33,115 nucleotides of DNA from Acidobacteriota bacterium (GCA_032155105.1 JALDXK010000002.1:1-33115); one strand, 5' to 3'. Shown: positions 16,137 through 26,442, numbered from the stretch's first letter. Notes: a model not told the origin generated them from the letters alone. Translations and numbers: made by a program.

Positions 16137-17102
16137 ATGCTGATCAAGAAGGCTGCGGACATTCGTGAGTCGGAGGTCACTCCGAAAGAGCTGTTCCTGA
16201 AGCGGCGCGAGTTCATCGCCGCGGCGGGCGTAACGGCGGCGGCAGTGGCCACCAACGGCCTCGGTGCCTTCGGCGGCGAGGCGGTCGACGCGCAGAATCC
16301 AAACGCGCAGAAGCTGACCAACCTCAAGAAGAGCCCGTTCAGCACCGACGAGAAGCAGAACTCCTATCGCGACATCACGACCTACAACAACTTCTACGAG
16401 TTCGGCCTCGACAAGGCAGACCCCGGAAAGCACGCGCATACCCTCAAGCCGCGGCCGTGGTCGGTGGTGGTGGAAGGCCAGTGTGGCAAGCCCGGCACCT
16501 ACAACATCGAAGACATCATGAAGTGGGCGCCGCTCGAGGAGCGCATTTACCGCCTGCGCTGTGTCGAGGCGTGGTCCATGGTGATCCCGTGGATCGGCTA
16601 CCCGATGAGCGAGTTCCTGAAGCGCTTCGAGCCCACCGCGCGCGCCAAGTACGTCGAGTTCAAGACACTCGTCGATCAGAAGCAGATGCCCGGGCAGACC
16701 GAGCCCGCGCTGCGCTGGCCCTACACCGAAGGCCTGCGCATGGATGAAGCGATGCACCCGTTGACGCTCGTCGGCCTCGGCCTCTACGGCGAGGTGATGC
16801 CGAACCAGAACGGCGCGCCGATTCGCCTGGTGGTGCCGTGGAAGTACGGCTTCAAGAGCATCAAGTCGATCGTCCGCGTGCGCTTCGTCGACGAGGAACC
16901 GCTCAACACGTGGAAGCAGCAGCAGTCGCAGGAGTACGGCTTCTACGCCAACGTCAACCCGCAGGTCGATCATCCGCGCTGGTCGCAGGGCAGCGAGCGG
17001 CGGCTGGGCGAGTTCTTCCGCCGCAAGACGCTGATGTTCAACGGCTACGGCGATCAGGTGGCGTCGCTCTATACCGGCATGGACTTGAGGAAATTCTACT
17101 GA
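16137..17102 (+). CDS. msrP: Protein-methionine-sulfoxide reductase catalytic (molybdopterin) subunit MsrP (YedY)
   Basis: Tat-type signal [15 protein letters not shown]. Conserved blocks [44 protein letters not shown]. It lies within the listed 15378..17102 ORF, whose first ~250 codons are antisense to the kinase gene. Confidence 0.9.
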   Translation: MLIKKAADIRESEVTPKELFLKRREFIAAAGVTAAAVATNGLGAFGGEAVDAQNPNAQKLTNLKKSPFSTDEKQNSYRDITTYNNFYEFGLDKADPGKHAHTLKPRPWSVVVEGQCGKPGTYNIEDIMKWAPLEERIYRLRCVEAWSMVIPWIGYPMSEFLKRFEPTARAKYVEFKTLVDQKQMPGQTEPALRWPYTEGLRMDEAMHPLTLVGLGLYGEVMPNQNGAPIRLVVPWKYGFKSIKSIVRVRFVDEEPLNTWKQQQSQEYGFYANVNPQVDHPRWSQGSERRLGEFFRRKTLMFNGYGDQVASLYTGMDLRKFY

Positions 17103-17121
17103 TGTCCGGATCCCGGACCGG

Positions 17122-17775
17122 ATGCCCGATCCCGGGTCCCGGATCGCGGCAATCGAGCCGGTGACCCAGGCTCAGCTCAGGCGAAGAATCTTCAAGCCCA
17201 TCGTCTGGCTTCTTTGCCTGGCGCCGCTGGCGCTGCTCGTCTACGGCCTGTATCTCGATCTCGGCGTCAACCCGGTCGAGACGGTCACCAATACCACCGG
17301 CATCTGGACGCTGCGGTTCATCATGATCACGCTGGCGATCACCCCGCTGCGCTGGCTGACTGGGATCAATCAACTGATCAACTATCGCCGCCTGGTCGGG
17401 CTGTTTGCATTCTTCTACGGCTGCCTGCACTTCCTCACGTATTTCTTCCTCGATCATCAGTTCGACTTCGCCGCAATGTGGTCCGACGTGCGGCTGCGCC
17501 CGTACATCACCGCCGGCTTCACCGCGTTCGTGCTGATGATCCCGCTGGCGTTGACGTCGACGACCGGGTGGATTCGCAGGCTCGGCGGGCGCAACTGGAA
17601 CCTGCTGCACAAGCTGATTTACATTACGGCGATGGCGGCGGTGCTGCACTACTACTGGAAGGTGAGCATCAAGCTGCCGCCGACCAATCCCAGGAATTAC
17701 GCCATCCTGGTGGCCGTGCTCCTGGGCGTCCGCGTCTGGCGACACTTTGCGCGCCGGCGGGCATCTGAGGTATAA
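17122..17775 (+). CDS. msrQ: Protein-methionine-sulfoxide reductase heme-binding membrane subunit MsrQ (YedZ)
   Basis: Ferric-reductase-like TM protein directly after msrP. Conserved His-containing helices (FFYGCLHFLTYF, LHKLIYITA..LHYYW). Confidence 0.88.
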   Translation: MPDPGSRIAAIEPVTQAQLRRRIFKPIVWLLCLAPLALLVYGLYLDLGVNPVETVTNTTGIWTLRFIMITLAITPLRWLTGINQLINYRRLVGLFAFFYGCLHFLTYFFLDHQFDFAAMWSDVRLRPYITAGFTAFVLMIPLALTSTTGWIRRLGGRNWNLLHKLIYITAMAAVLHYYWKVSIKLPPTNPRNYAILVAVLLGVRVWRHFARRRASEV

Positions 17776-17919
17776 CGGCCGGAGACGTGATGAGCATGTG
17801 GACCAGCTGCGCGTGTTGTTGCGTCGGAGACGCCTCCGACGCCTGTCGCGCTGTGTGCACATGACCAGAGACATTTCGTAGAGGCGGGACTTCAGTCCCG
17901 CCCAGCACAACAGATAGCA

Positions 17920-17959
17920 GGCCCGGAGGTGGACATCACCTTCGGGCCTTTTTCTTTTT
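17920..17959 (+). terminator. Rho-independent terminator after msrQ
   Basis: 12-bp stem ggcccggaggtg / caccttcgggcc (one G-U pair), 5-nt loop, followed by tttttcttttt. Confidence 0.75.
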
Positions 17960-18025
17960 GGCGACGAAGCTACGACCTTAAGTCTTTAGCAGCGACGAAC
18001 CTTTAGGTTCGTCGAGGAGAAACGT

Positions 18026-19243
18026 ATGAACCGATTCCATGCATTACTGATCGCGGCGCTCGTCGCGTTGCCCATCGCCGCCCAAGCTCAGGCCCCCACC
18101 GGCCTCTGGGACGCCGCCGTCGTCGTCAACGGTCTCGAGGTTCCATTCCGCTTCGAGATCGCCGGTACCGAATCGTCCGTGAGCGGCTGGTTCTTCAACG
18201 GCGACGAGAAGGTGTTGTCGACGGGTGGCACGTTCGAGAATGGCACCCTGACGTTGAACTTCGATCACTACGCAACGGCGGTCGAGGCCACGCTGGTGCA
18301 TGGTCGTCTCGCCGGCACCTACAACCGCGCGACCGGGTTCTACCCGTTCTACGCGAAGCGCTTCGCGCCGCCGTCGGCATTTCCCAACGAAGTGCCCGCG
18401 ATTGACGGCCTGTGGCAGATCGGCAGCGTGAAGAGCAACAAGGGTGAGTCAGCGTGGCGCTTCATCGTCCGGCAGTCGGGCGCGGAAGTGACCGCGGCGA
18501 TCCTGCGCGTCGATGGCGACACCGGCGCGCTAGCCGGCACCTATCGCAACGGCAAGTTCATCGTCTCGCACTTCTCGGGCGCGCGCCCCTTGGTGCTCGA
18601 GCTGACACCGCAAAAGGATGGCAGCCTCGAGATCGTCCGCAACCGCGAAGAGAAAATGATCGCGGTGCGCGCGTCGGAAGCGAAGTTGAAGGACGTGCCC
18701 GAGCCGACCGATCCGTCGCGGCACTCGAGCGTGAAGGATCCCACCCAAGCGTTCACGTTCTCGTTCCCCGACATCAACGGCACGGTGCTGTCGAATACTG
18801 ACGAACGCTTCCGCAACAAGGTGGTGATCGTGAGCATCAGCGGCAGCTGGTGCCCGAACTGCCACGACGAGGCGCCGTTCCTCGCCGAGCTGTACAAGAA
18901 GTACCAATCCAAAGGCCTCGAGATCGTGGCGCTGTCGTTCGAAGAGGAAGCGCAGAAGGCAAAGGGGTATCCGCGGCTGCTCGCGTTCAACAAGCGCTAT
19001 GGCGTGGAATATCCCGTCGTGCTGGCAGGCGAGCAGGCGGATCTCGCCGAGAAGGTGCCGCAGATCCACAACCTGAACTCGTTCCCGACCACGATTTTCC
19101 TCGGCAAGGATGGATTAGTGCGCGGGGTGCATGCGGGATTTGCCGGCGCCGCGAGCGGGGTGTTCCACGACAACGCGAAAGAAGAGATCACCGCGACCGT
19201 AGAACGGCTGCTTGCGGAAACGCGGACATCGCGCGACAAGTAG
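18026..19243 (+). CDS. Exported TlpA/redoxin-family thiol-disulfide oxidoreductase with an uncharacterised ~240-aa N-terminal domain
   Basis: Signal peptide MNRFHALLIAALVALPIAAQA. Thioredoxin-fold C-terminus with the active site WCPNC (ISGSWCPNCHDEAPFL). RBS gaggaga sits 5 nt upstream of the ATG. Confidence 0.8.
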   Translation: MNRFHALLIAALVALPIAAQAQAPTGLWDAAVVVNGLEVPFRFEIAGTESSVSGWFFNGDEKVLSTGGTFENGTLTLNFDHYATAVEATLVHGRLAGTYNRATGFYPFYAKRFAPPSAFPNEVPAIDGLWQIGSVKSNKGESAWRFIVRQSGAEVTAAILRVDGDTGALAGTYRNGKFIVSHFSGARPLVLELTPQKDGSLEIVRNREEKMIAVRASEAKLKDVPEPTDPSRHSSVKDPTQAFTFSFPDINGTVLSNTDERFRNKVVIVSISGSWCPNCHDEAPFLAELYKKYQSKGLEIVALSFEEEAQKAKGYPRLLAFNKRYGVEYPVVLAGEQADLAEKVPQIHNLNSFPTTIFLGKDGLVRGVHAGFAGAASGVFHDNAKEEITATVERLLAETRTSRDK

Positions 19244-19279
19244 GAGCTCGAGAGAGCTTCCGAGCCTTATACTTTTCCC

Positions 19280-20155
<876 letters not shown>

Positions 20156-20170
20156 AAGATACCTTTCAGG

Positions 20171-20203
20171 AGAGGTCGTCAGGTTCTGGCGACCTCTTTT
20201 GTT
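20171..20203 (+). terminator. Rho-independent terminator after the tRNA
   Basis: Stem agaggtcg / cgacctct with an 11-nt loop, followed by tttgtt. Confidence 0.65.
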
Positions 20204-20264
20204 CTTCTGGTCGCGCCGAGCAACGATACGAGATTTTCTTAAACCTACACAGGAGAGACAACGG

Positions 20265-20471
20265 ATGACAGGAACCATCAAGACATTACGCGTCGACAAA
20301 GGATTCGGCTTTATTCAAGACACCGCTGGCAAACAGGTATTTTTTCATGCCAGTGCCATTTACGGCGAGGGCATCGACAACCTGCGTGAGGGCGATGGTG
20401 TCGAGTTCGAGCTCGGCGACGGCGGGCCGAAGGGGCCTCGCGCAACGAACGTCCGGCGTACCACGACCTAG
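20265..20471 (+). CDS. Cold-shock-domain protein (CspA family)
   Basis: RNP1 KGFGFI and RNP2-like VFFHAS. 68 aa. RBS aggaga upstream of the ATG at 20265 (internal to the listed 20199 ORF). Confidence 0.85.
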   Translation: MTGTIKTLRVDKGFGFIQDTAGKQVFFHASAIYGEGIDNLREGDGVEFELGDGGPKGPRATNVRRTTT

Positions 20472-20614
20472 ACCGACACTCGTGCCGCACGCGGTCCGAA
20501 TCGATCGAGACGGGGCGCGGCGGCATCCAACCCTCTTCTGACGGGAAAATCTGGCTGGGTCCGCCAGTTGTTGTAAACTAATCGCATTTCCCTCGCGCTG
20601 AGCCAAAGGTCAAG

Positions 20615-20863
20615 ATGCCGTTCAAAGAAAAGGCCCTCGTTCGACACAAGCTCCGGCCTGACTGGGGCGCGGGACGCGTGCTGGTCCGCACCGACGAATA
20701 CCTGCAAATCGACTTCACCGCCGGCGGCCTGAAAAAGCTGAAGACCTCGATCGCCGACGAACATCTGGAAGCGCCGACAGACGACGAAGTCAAGGCGATG
20801 AAACCCCAGAAAGTGAAGGAGCCCTCCAAGCGCGTCGTGTCCCCGAAGACCAGGATGGCCTGA
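20615..20863 (+). CDS. Small DUF3553-like protein with Lys-rich tail
   Basis: VRHKLRPDWGAGRVL...IDF..GG.KKL matches my memory of the DUF3553 core (V.H...PDWG.G.V....V.F...G.K). Not verified by search. Confidence 0.5.
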   Translation: MPFKEKALVRHKLRPDWGAGRVLVRTDEYLQIDFTAGGLKKLKTSIADEHLEAPTDDEVKAMKPQKVKEPSKRVVSPKTRMA

Positions 20864-20881
20864 GCCAGCCCACGCGCCCGC

Positions 20882-21568
20882 TCAAGAGCCGGGCGACGGA
20901 GGCTGTCGGAGATGCTCTTCGCCCAGGTGCCGCACCTTGCGGGCGAGGTCAAGGGTGAGATGGTTCTGGAAGACGATCCGCGTTTCGGGATCGGATTCGA
21001 GATAGCGCCGCAGTGTTGTCGCTTCCCAGCGCAACGCACGCACAGGCTCCAGCGTTACCGCGTCGACTTCGGCCGGGGCGCCGCTCAGTACGAGCGCGGA
21101 GCCGACGATATCCCCGGCCCCCAGATCACCCAGGACCCGTCCGTCCTTCGACACGCGCACCTTGCCGCGGACAACCAGTGCGAGCGCATCGGCTGGCCTG
21201 TCGTGCTCGATCAGACGCTCGCCTGGAGCCGCGGTGGCCCAGGACCCGAGGCTGATCAGTTGCAGAACCTTGCGAGGCGTTAACTCCGCGAACGCGAGCC
21301 GGCGCACCTCCGCCTCGTCGGGCGTCAGCTTGACAGGACGACGTTCGAGGTAGAGGCGCCAGGATTGGAAGGAATTGATTCCTGCGAAGACGACGCTCCA
21401 GGCGATCGGTGGCCACTGCGGCGTGGGCTGAAGGACGAAGTACGGGAGCGAAATCAGCGACGCCGCCACCGCGAACAGCCGCAGCCACAGAACGTCGCGG
21501 ACGCTGTACGCCACCACCAGCAGGATGTTGGCGGCGTGAATGAAATAGTTTGGATTGAACGAGGGCAT
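20882..21568 (-). CDS. Membrane protein with three N-terminal TM helices and a C-terminal cyclic-nucleotide-binding (CAP/Popeye-like) domain
   Basis: Hydrophobic N-terminus (IHAANILLVVAYSV, LFAVAASLISLPYFVL, IAWSVVFAGINSF). The cNMP-binding beta-roll follows (GERLIEHDRPADALALVVRGKVRVSKDGRVLGDLGAGDIVGS...). I prefer the ATG at 21568 (MPSFNPNY...). Confidence 0.7.
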   Translation of the reverse strand: MPSFNPNYFIHAANILLVVAYSVRDVLWLRLFAVAASLISLPYFVLQPTPQWPPIAWSVVFAGINSFQSWRLYLERRPVKLTPDEAEVRRLAFAELTPRKVLQLISLGSWATAAPGERLIEHDRPADALALVVRGKVRVSKDGRVLGDLGAGDIVGSALVLSGAPAEVDAVTLEPVRALRWEATTLRRYLESDPETRIVFQNHLTLDLARKVRHLGEEHLRQPPSPGS

Positions 21569-21677
21569 GATCACGTCCCCATGCCGTGCTCTGACGCAGG
21601 CCGTCGCTGCGGACATGAGCGGCAACGGCACATACTCGACGATTATGCCGTTGCCGATCCAGATCCACTAGCGCATT

Positions 21678-23162
21678 TCACCTCCGCCGAAAGACCTCGT
21701 AGATTGCTCCACGCGAGATCGATACCACGTACAGGTTGCCGTTCGGCCCGGTCTCGATATCGGTCGTGACGCCGAAGTCGCGCCCGATCAGCAGGCTCTC
21801 GCTTTCCGTGACTTCATGCGGAGCAACGTTGTCGGCCACGCGATCCGAGAGACGGGGATCGTCGACGCCAATGCTGCGGCGATTACCTGTCAGGTTGAAA
21901 TGGAACAAGTAGCCGCCAACGAGATTCGGCGTGGCGGCCCCCATGAACAGATCGTTTTCGAACTGCGGTCCCAGGGCACGACCGCGCATGAAGTTCATGC
22001 CACCGGGAGCGACTTCGAATCTCCAGCTGAATTGCGGATCGCTATAGGTCGCGCCGGGCAGCATGAAGAGGCGTGAGAGGGCTTCTTCCGGCGTGTCGGC
22101 GATGTTCGTCGGCGGCCATCGCGCCTGCTGCAGGCCGACGAACGGCGGTGTCGTTTCGGTGGCCTTGAACTGGGCAACCCGCGCGACCGGACCTGCAATC
22201 TGCACCCAACCGCCGTTCATGCCCGGCGTGACGCGATTGAGCTCGCTGAAGGAGTTGTCGCCGTTCTCCTGTAGCCACACATTGCCCGCGCCGCGCGACG
22301 ACATGTCGATCGCCATCCCGAAGCTGTTGCGATGTCCGTACGAGAAAATCTTCTGGATGTTCGCGCCGACCTCACCCGGGATGCCTGCGCCGGCGGCGAA
22401 GAACGGGTTATCCGACGGCGTGGTCCCGTCTGCATTCAGCCGGAGGATGACCCCGGTGAGGTGCGCGTTGTCTGGCTGTGGACCGCCGAACGAATCGTCG
22501 GGTTGTCCAGGCCCGAAGGGTCCGTTGGGCAGGTTCTGCATCTGGCCGCGCCGGCCGGCGTCGCCAATGAAGATGTAGAGCTTGCCATCGGGTCCAAATG
22601 CCAGCACGCCGCCATCATGGTTTCCTCGGCCAGCGGCGGGTGTCGGCTCCGCGGCAAACGCCGGCTGGAGCGCGCGCAGCAAAATCAGATTTCGATCGAA
22701 CGACAGCGTCGATCCATTCCAGTTGTACCGGTCAACGCGGTTGCCAAGCAGCGGTGTGTCGGCGAGGACGTTGGTGTCGCTGCCGGTCGTGCTCTCGGTC
22801 CAGTAGAGATAGACGCCGGGATTGCCGGGGAAATCAGGGTGAAGGGCCACACCGAGCAGTCCACGCTCCGAGCCGAAGTTGACGGCCAGGTCGAGCACCG
22901 TGGAATCAATGACGCCGTTGACGACACGTTGCACGCGCCCGGTGCCCTTCTCCAGCACGAGCAGATCGTTCTCGCCGATGAACGCCATCGTGGTTGGCTG
23001 GGTGAGACCAGTGACAACGGCTCTCACGCTGAGGTTCGGATGCAACATCGTTGGGCTGGTGTTTTGCGCCGTTACGCGGCTTTCGTTGTGGAACAGGAAA
23101 CCCGCGATCACTCCCACCGCAAGCGTGAGAAGACCCTGCCTGTGCAGTTGCCTCTTGTCCAT
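21678..23162 (-). CDS. Exported PQQ-dependent sugar dehydrogenase (glucose/sorbosone dehydrogenase, YliI-like beta-propeller)
   Basis: Motifs LGVALHPDF, GNHDGGVLAFGPDGKLYIFIGD, FSYGHRNSFGMA. Signal/anchor LLTLAVGVIAGFLF. The ATG at 23162 is preceded by a GGAGG RBS (ggaggtcagcATG on the minus strand). The listed 23396 start is probably too long. Confidence 0.8.
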   Translation of the reverse strand: MDKRQLHRQGLLTLAVGVIAGFLFHNESRVTAQNTSPTMLHPNLSVRAVVTGLTQPTTMAFIGENDLLVLEKGTGRVQRVVNGVIDSTVLDLAVNFGSERGLLGVALHPDFPGNPGVYLYWTESTTGSDTNVLADTPLLGNRVDRYNWNGSTLSFDRNLILLRALQPAFAAEPTPAAGRGNHDGGVLAFGPDGKLYIFIGDAGRRGQMQNLPNGPFGPGQPDDSFGGPQPDNAHLTGVILRLNADGTTPSDNPFFAAGAGIPGEVGANIQKIFSYGHRNSFGMAIDMSSRGAGNVWLQENGDNSFSELNRVTPGMNGGWVQIAGPVARVAQFKATETTPPFVGLQQARWPPTNIADTPEEALSRLFMLPGATYSDPQFSWRFEVAPGGMNFMRGRALGPQFENDLFMGAATPNLVGGYLFHFNLTGNRRSIGVDDPRLSDRVADNVAPHEVTESESLLIGRDFGVTTDIETGPNGNLYVVSISRGAIYEVFRRR

Positions 23163-23375
23163 GCTGACCTCCGTTGTCTCGCGTCCGTCGAGAAGGATTT
23201 GTCCGGCGCACTTCGCGCGGTTGCAAGCGGGGTGCCGTGGCAAGACTACGAAGACGCTCGTTCGGTTGTGATCAGCAGGCTCGACTATGAGGACGGCGTC
23301 GCAACCGCATACGACCCACGTAAAACGTTCATGGGTCGCTGCCTCGTTAATGCCGAGCTGGCGTGAGCGCCTCGA

Positions 23376-23411
23376 TTTGAAATCCGTGGCCGACACATTG
23401 TGGCGCTATAA
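23376..23411 (+). promoter_or_regulatory. Candidate promoter elements upstream of the sheath gene (perfect TATAAT at 23406-23411; TTGAAA at 23376-23381 but with 24-nt spacing)
   Basis: Read directly. The spacing is non-canonical, so only the -10 hexamer is persuasive. It lies about 140 nt upstream of the sheath ATG, in a 387-nt non-coding gap. Confidence 0.25.
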
Positions 23412-23549
23412 TCCCGCGTCAATCGTCGGGCCCTGACGGCCGAACTTCAGACCAAGCAGACCCAAACGCCTGACGCGCGCGAACCGCCCTGGATGAGCAG
23501 GAGCGTTCTCGACACGTGTTTCGATCTCTCGATGCGTTCGGAGGTCAGT

Positions 23550-25124
23550 ATGCCAGTCGCACCAACCTATCCAGGCATTTACATCGAAGAAATCTCCAGC
23601 GGTGTACGCACCATCACCGGTGTCGCGACATCCATCACCGCATTTGTTGGCAGCGCTCCACGCGGACCGGTCAACGAGCCGACGACCATCAATAGCTTTG
23701 CTGACTATGAAAGGCGCTTCGGCGGCTTGTCGCTCGATAGCACGATGAGCTACGCCGTCCGGGCCTTCTATCAGAATGGCGGCAGCCAGGCCGTGATCGT
23801 CCGGCTCGCACGATCTCCCGGGAGTGAGCCTGATGCCTCCCAAGCGGCCACGATTACGTTGCCGGCGCTGGCCAGTCCTCCCGGCGAGCTCGTGCTGGTT
23901 GCGGCGAGCGTCGGCGCCTGGGGAAAGAGCCTCAGCGCGGTGGTCGATCACGATACGAAGGACAAGGACGAAGCCAACCCTGCGCTGTTCAACCTGACCA
24001 TCTCGGAAGAAGGCGGCGGGATCGAGAAGTTTCTCAACGTCTCGGTGGATCCGGCCAACGCCCGTTATCTTCCCCGCGTGCTCGCGCAAGGCTCGATGCT
24101 CGTGCGGGTGAGGAAAGGCAGCGCCGATCAATTTGAGATCGCGAGTGTCAGGCCGGCCGAAACAGGTTCAACCGGAGTTGTTGCTGATGGTGGACGCGAC
24201 GGCGGCCCGTTGACCCCCGCTGAATTCACTGGCGGGGACACGCAGGGCACGAAGAGCGGACTGTATGCGCTGGAGAAAGCCGATCTGTTCAACTTGCTGT
24301 GCATCCCGCCTTTGGCGCCGGATGAGGATGTGACGGCGCCTCTGCTCACGGACGCTGTCCTGTACTGTCAGAAGCGCCGCGCCATGTTGCTGGTCGATCC
24401 GCCCAGCAGCTGGACGAGCAAGCAGAGCGCGATAGAGGACTTGCCGAACTATCCCGACCTCACCGGGCCCGCGCGTAATCATGCCGCGATCTTTTTTCCA
24501 CGCATCAAACAAGCCAATCCACTGCGCGACCACCAAATCGAAGAGTTTGTGCCGTGTGGCGCTGTGGCAGGTGTCTTCGCCCGCACCGACGCGCAACGGG
24601 GCGTCTGGAAAGCACCGGCGGGCCAGGATGCCGGCCTGGTGGGTGTGCCGCAACTGAGCGTGCCGCTCACTGATGCTGAGAATGGCGACTTGAACGTTCT
24701 TGGGATCAACTGCCTGCGGGCGTTTCCCGTGATTGGGCGCGTGGTGTGGGGCGCGCGCACGCTCGAGGGCGCCGATCGTCTGGCCTCCGAATGGAAATAC
24801 ATCCCGGTTCGGCGCACGGCGCTGTTTATCGAGGAAAGCTTGTACCGCGGGACTCAGTGGGTGGTCTTCGAGCCCAACGATGAACCGCTGTGGTCGCAGA
24901 TCCGGCTCAACGTTGGTGCATTCATGCAGAACATGTTTCGCCAGGGCGCCTTTCAAGGCAAGACGCCACGCGAGGCCTACTTCGTCAAGTGCGACAAAGA
25001 GACGACCACGCAAAACGACATCAACCTTGGCATCGTCAATGTTCTGGTCGGCTTTGCTCCCCTGAAGCCTGCCGAGTTCGTGATTCTCAAGATTCAGCAG
25101 ATCGCTGGCCAGATTGAGGTCTGA
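23550..25124 (+). CDS. Contractile tail sheath protein (eCIS Afp2-4/Pvc2-4-like)
   Basis: N-terminus MPVAPTYPGIYIEE.SSGVRTITGVATSITAFVG is the hallmark sheath start. The C-terminal sheath block reads NCLRAFPVIGRVVWGARTL...KYIPVRR...FEPND..LW. RBS ggaggt lies before the ATG at 23550. Confidence 0.92.
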   Translation: MPVAPTYPGIYIEEISSGVRTITGVATSITAFVGSAPRGPVNEPTTINSFADYERRFGGLSLDSTMSYAVRAFYQNGGSQAVIVRLARSPGSEPDASQAATITLPALASPPGELVLVAASVGAWGKSLSAVVDHDTKDKDEANPALFNLTISEEGGGIEKFLNVSVDPANARYLPRVLAQGSMLVRVRKGSADQFEIASVRPAETGSTGVVADGGRDGGPLTPAEFTGGDTQGTKSGLYALEKADLFNLLCIPPLAPDEDVTAPLLTDAVLYCQKRRAMLLVDPPSSWTSKQSAIEDLPNYPDLTGPARNHAAIFFPRIKQANPLRDHQIEEFVPCGAVAGVFARTDAQRGVWKAPAGQDAGLVGVPQLSVPLTDAENGDLNVLGINCLRAFPVIGRVVWGARTLEGADRLASEWKYIPVRRTALFIEESLYRGTQWVVFEPNDEPLWSQIRLNVGAFMQNMFRQGAFQGKTPREAYFVKCDKETTTQNDINLGIVNVLVGFAPLKPAEFVILKIQQIAGQIEV

Positions 25125-25171
25125 GACGGCAGGTCCTGTCGTCGTGATCCTGTCGTCAAGAGGAGGAGCTT

Positions 25172-25693
25172 ATGGCCCCGTTTCCCGGCACCCGCTACGA
25201 TCCGTATAAGCCGTTCAAGTTCAAGGTGATGTGGGATGGGCGTTATGTGGCCGGCGTCAGCAAGGTCGGCATGCTCAAGCGCACCACCGAAGTGGTCAAG
25301 CATCGCGATGGCGGCGATCCGAGCACCAGCCGCAAGTCGCCCGGCCGCACCGAGTACGAGCCCATCACGCTCGAGCGCGGCGTGACCCACGACACCGAGT
25401 TTGAGAAGTGGGCCAACAAGGTCTGGAATTTCGGATCGGGCCTGGGCGCCGAAGTCTCGCTCAAGGATTTCCGCAAGGACATCACGATCGAGTTCTATAA
25501 CGAAGCCGGCCAGTTGGCCATGGCCTACAAGGTCTACCGGTGCTGGGTGTCGGAATATCAATCGCTGCCGGACCTCGACGCCAACGCCAACGTCGTCGCC
25601 ATTCAGAGCATCAAGCTCGAAAACGAGGGTTGGGAGCGCGACTACGACGTGCTTGCACCGGACGAACCGCAATTCACTGAACCACCCGTGTAG
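25172..25693 (+). CDS. Contractile tail tube protein (T4 gp19-like / Afp1-Afp5-like 'conserved phage tail region protein')
   Basis: FKFKVMWDGRYVAGVSKVGMLKRTTEVVKHRDGGDPSTSRKSPGRTEYEPITLERGVTHD.EFEKWANKV is the typical eCIS tube signature. 173 aa, directly after the sheath gene. Confidence 0.9.
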   Translation: MAPFPGTRYDPYKPFKFKVMWDGRYVAGVSKVGMLKRTTEVVKHRDGGDPSTSRKSPGRTEYEPITLERGVTHDTEFEKWANKVWNFGSGLGAEVSLKDFRKDITIEFYNEAGQLAMAYKVYRCWVSEYQSLPDLDANANVVAIQSIKLENEGWERDYDVLAPDEPQFTEPPV

Positions 25694-25710
25694 CCGCTGA
25701 CGAGTGTGCC

Positions 25711-26442
25711 ATGCGCGCGCTATCAGCGCCGGAGATACTGGATCTCTGGGAACGCGGACTGTCGTTAACGCCGATCGAGCGTGTCCTGACGCTGCTCGCC
25801 GCCGCCTGTCGCGAGCCCATCGACACGGTAGCGCAACTCAGTGTCGGTCAACGCGACGCGCGCCTGTTGCAGTTGCGTGACTGGACGTTCGGCTCGCAAC
25901 TCGTCAGCGTGGTGACGTGCCCGGTGTGCAGCGAGCGCCTCGAACTGAGTCTCAACACCGCGGATCTCAATGGGGAAGCGGACGCCGCGTCCACCGAGCC
26001 GCTGGCCCTGAGCGTCGCCGGCTATGAACTGCGCTTTCGCGTTCCCAATAGCCTGGACCTGATCGCCATCGCGGACTGCGAGGATGCGCGTGACGCGCGG
26101 CAACGGTTGCTGGAGCGCTGTGTTGCAACCAGCGAACACCAGGGAGAACTTGTTGCCGTCGGCGGGCTGCCAGCGGAGGTCGTGGACGCGGTGGCAGAGC
26201 ACATGGCGCACGCGGATCCGCAGGGTGACGTGCAGCTCCCGGTCGCGTGTGCGCAGTGCGGCCATCAGTGGCACGCCGGCTTCGACATCGCGTCCTTCTT
26301 CTGGAGCGAGATCACCGCCTGGGCGCACCGGACGCTGAGGGACGTGCACGCGCTGGCGTCGGTGTATGGCTGGCGTGAGGCCGACATCCTGACGATGAGC
26401 GCGTGGCGGAGGCAGTTCTATTTGAACTGTATCGGCGGATGA
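25711..26442 (+). CDS. Conserved-looking eCIS-linked protein of unknown function with a split zinc-ribbon (CPVC ... CAQC)
   Basis: Good coding periodicity. CPVCSERLE and CAQCGHQWH are about 115 aa apart. 17 nt after the tube stop. Its stop overlaps the next start (ATGA). Function not recognisable. Confidence 0.6.
   Translation: MRALSAPEILDLWERGLSLTPIERVLTLLAAACREPIDTVAQLSVGQRDARLLQLRDWTFGSQLVSVVTCPVCSERLELSLNTADLNGEADAASTEPLALSVAGYELRFRVPNSLDLIAIADCEDARDARQRLLERCVATSEHQGELVAVGGLPAEVVDAVAEHMAHADPQGDVQLPVACAQCGHQWHAGFDIASFFWSEITAWAHRTLRDVHALASVYGWREADILTMSAWRRQFYLNCIGG

Noticed and set aside
17101-17150. Dense ccgga/cccgg palindromic low-complexity run (tccggatcccggaccggatgcccgatcccgggtcccggatc) at the msrP-msrQ junction as a possible regulatory repeat.
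   Set aside because: It is short, overlaps the msrQ start region, and I could not define a consistent repeat unit or a stable long stem. It is probably compositional coincidence.
20156-23400. Search for an integrase, transposase or att direct repeat to prove a genomic island at the tRNA.
   Set aside because: No recombinase-like ORF and no obvious repeat of the tRNA 3' end were found by eye within the window. The island idea is therefore kept only as a hypothesis.
23493-23549. Upstream start (23493) for the sheath gene, and 26403 for the P/S-rich gene.
   Set aside because: The sheath family N-terminus begins at MPVAPTYPG, with a GGAGG-like RBS just upstream of 23550. The 26439 ATG gives an ATGA coupling consistent with the rest of the string.
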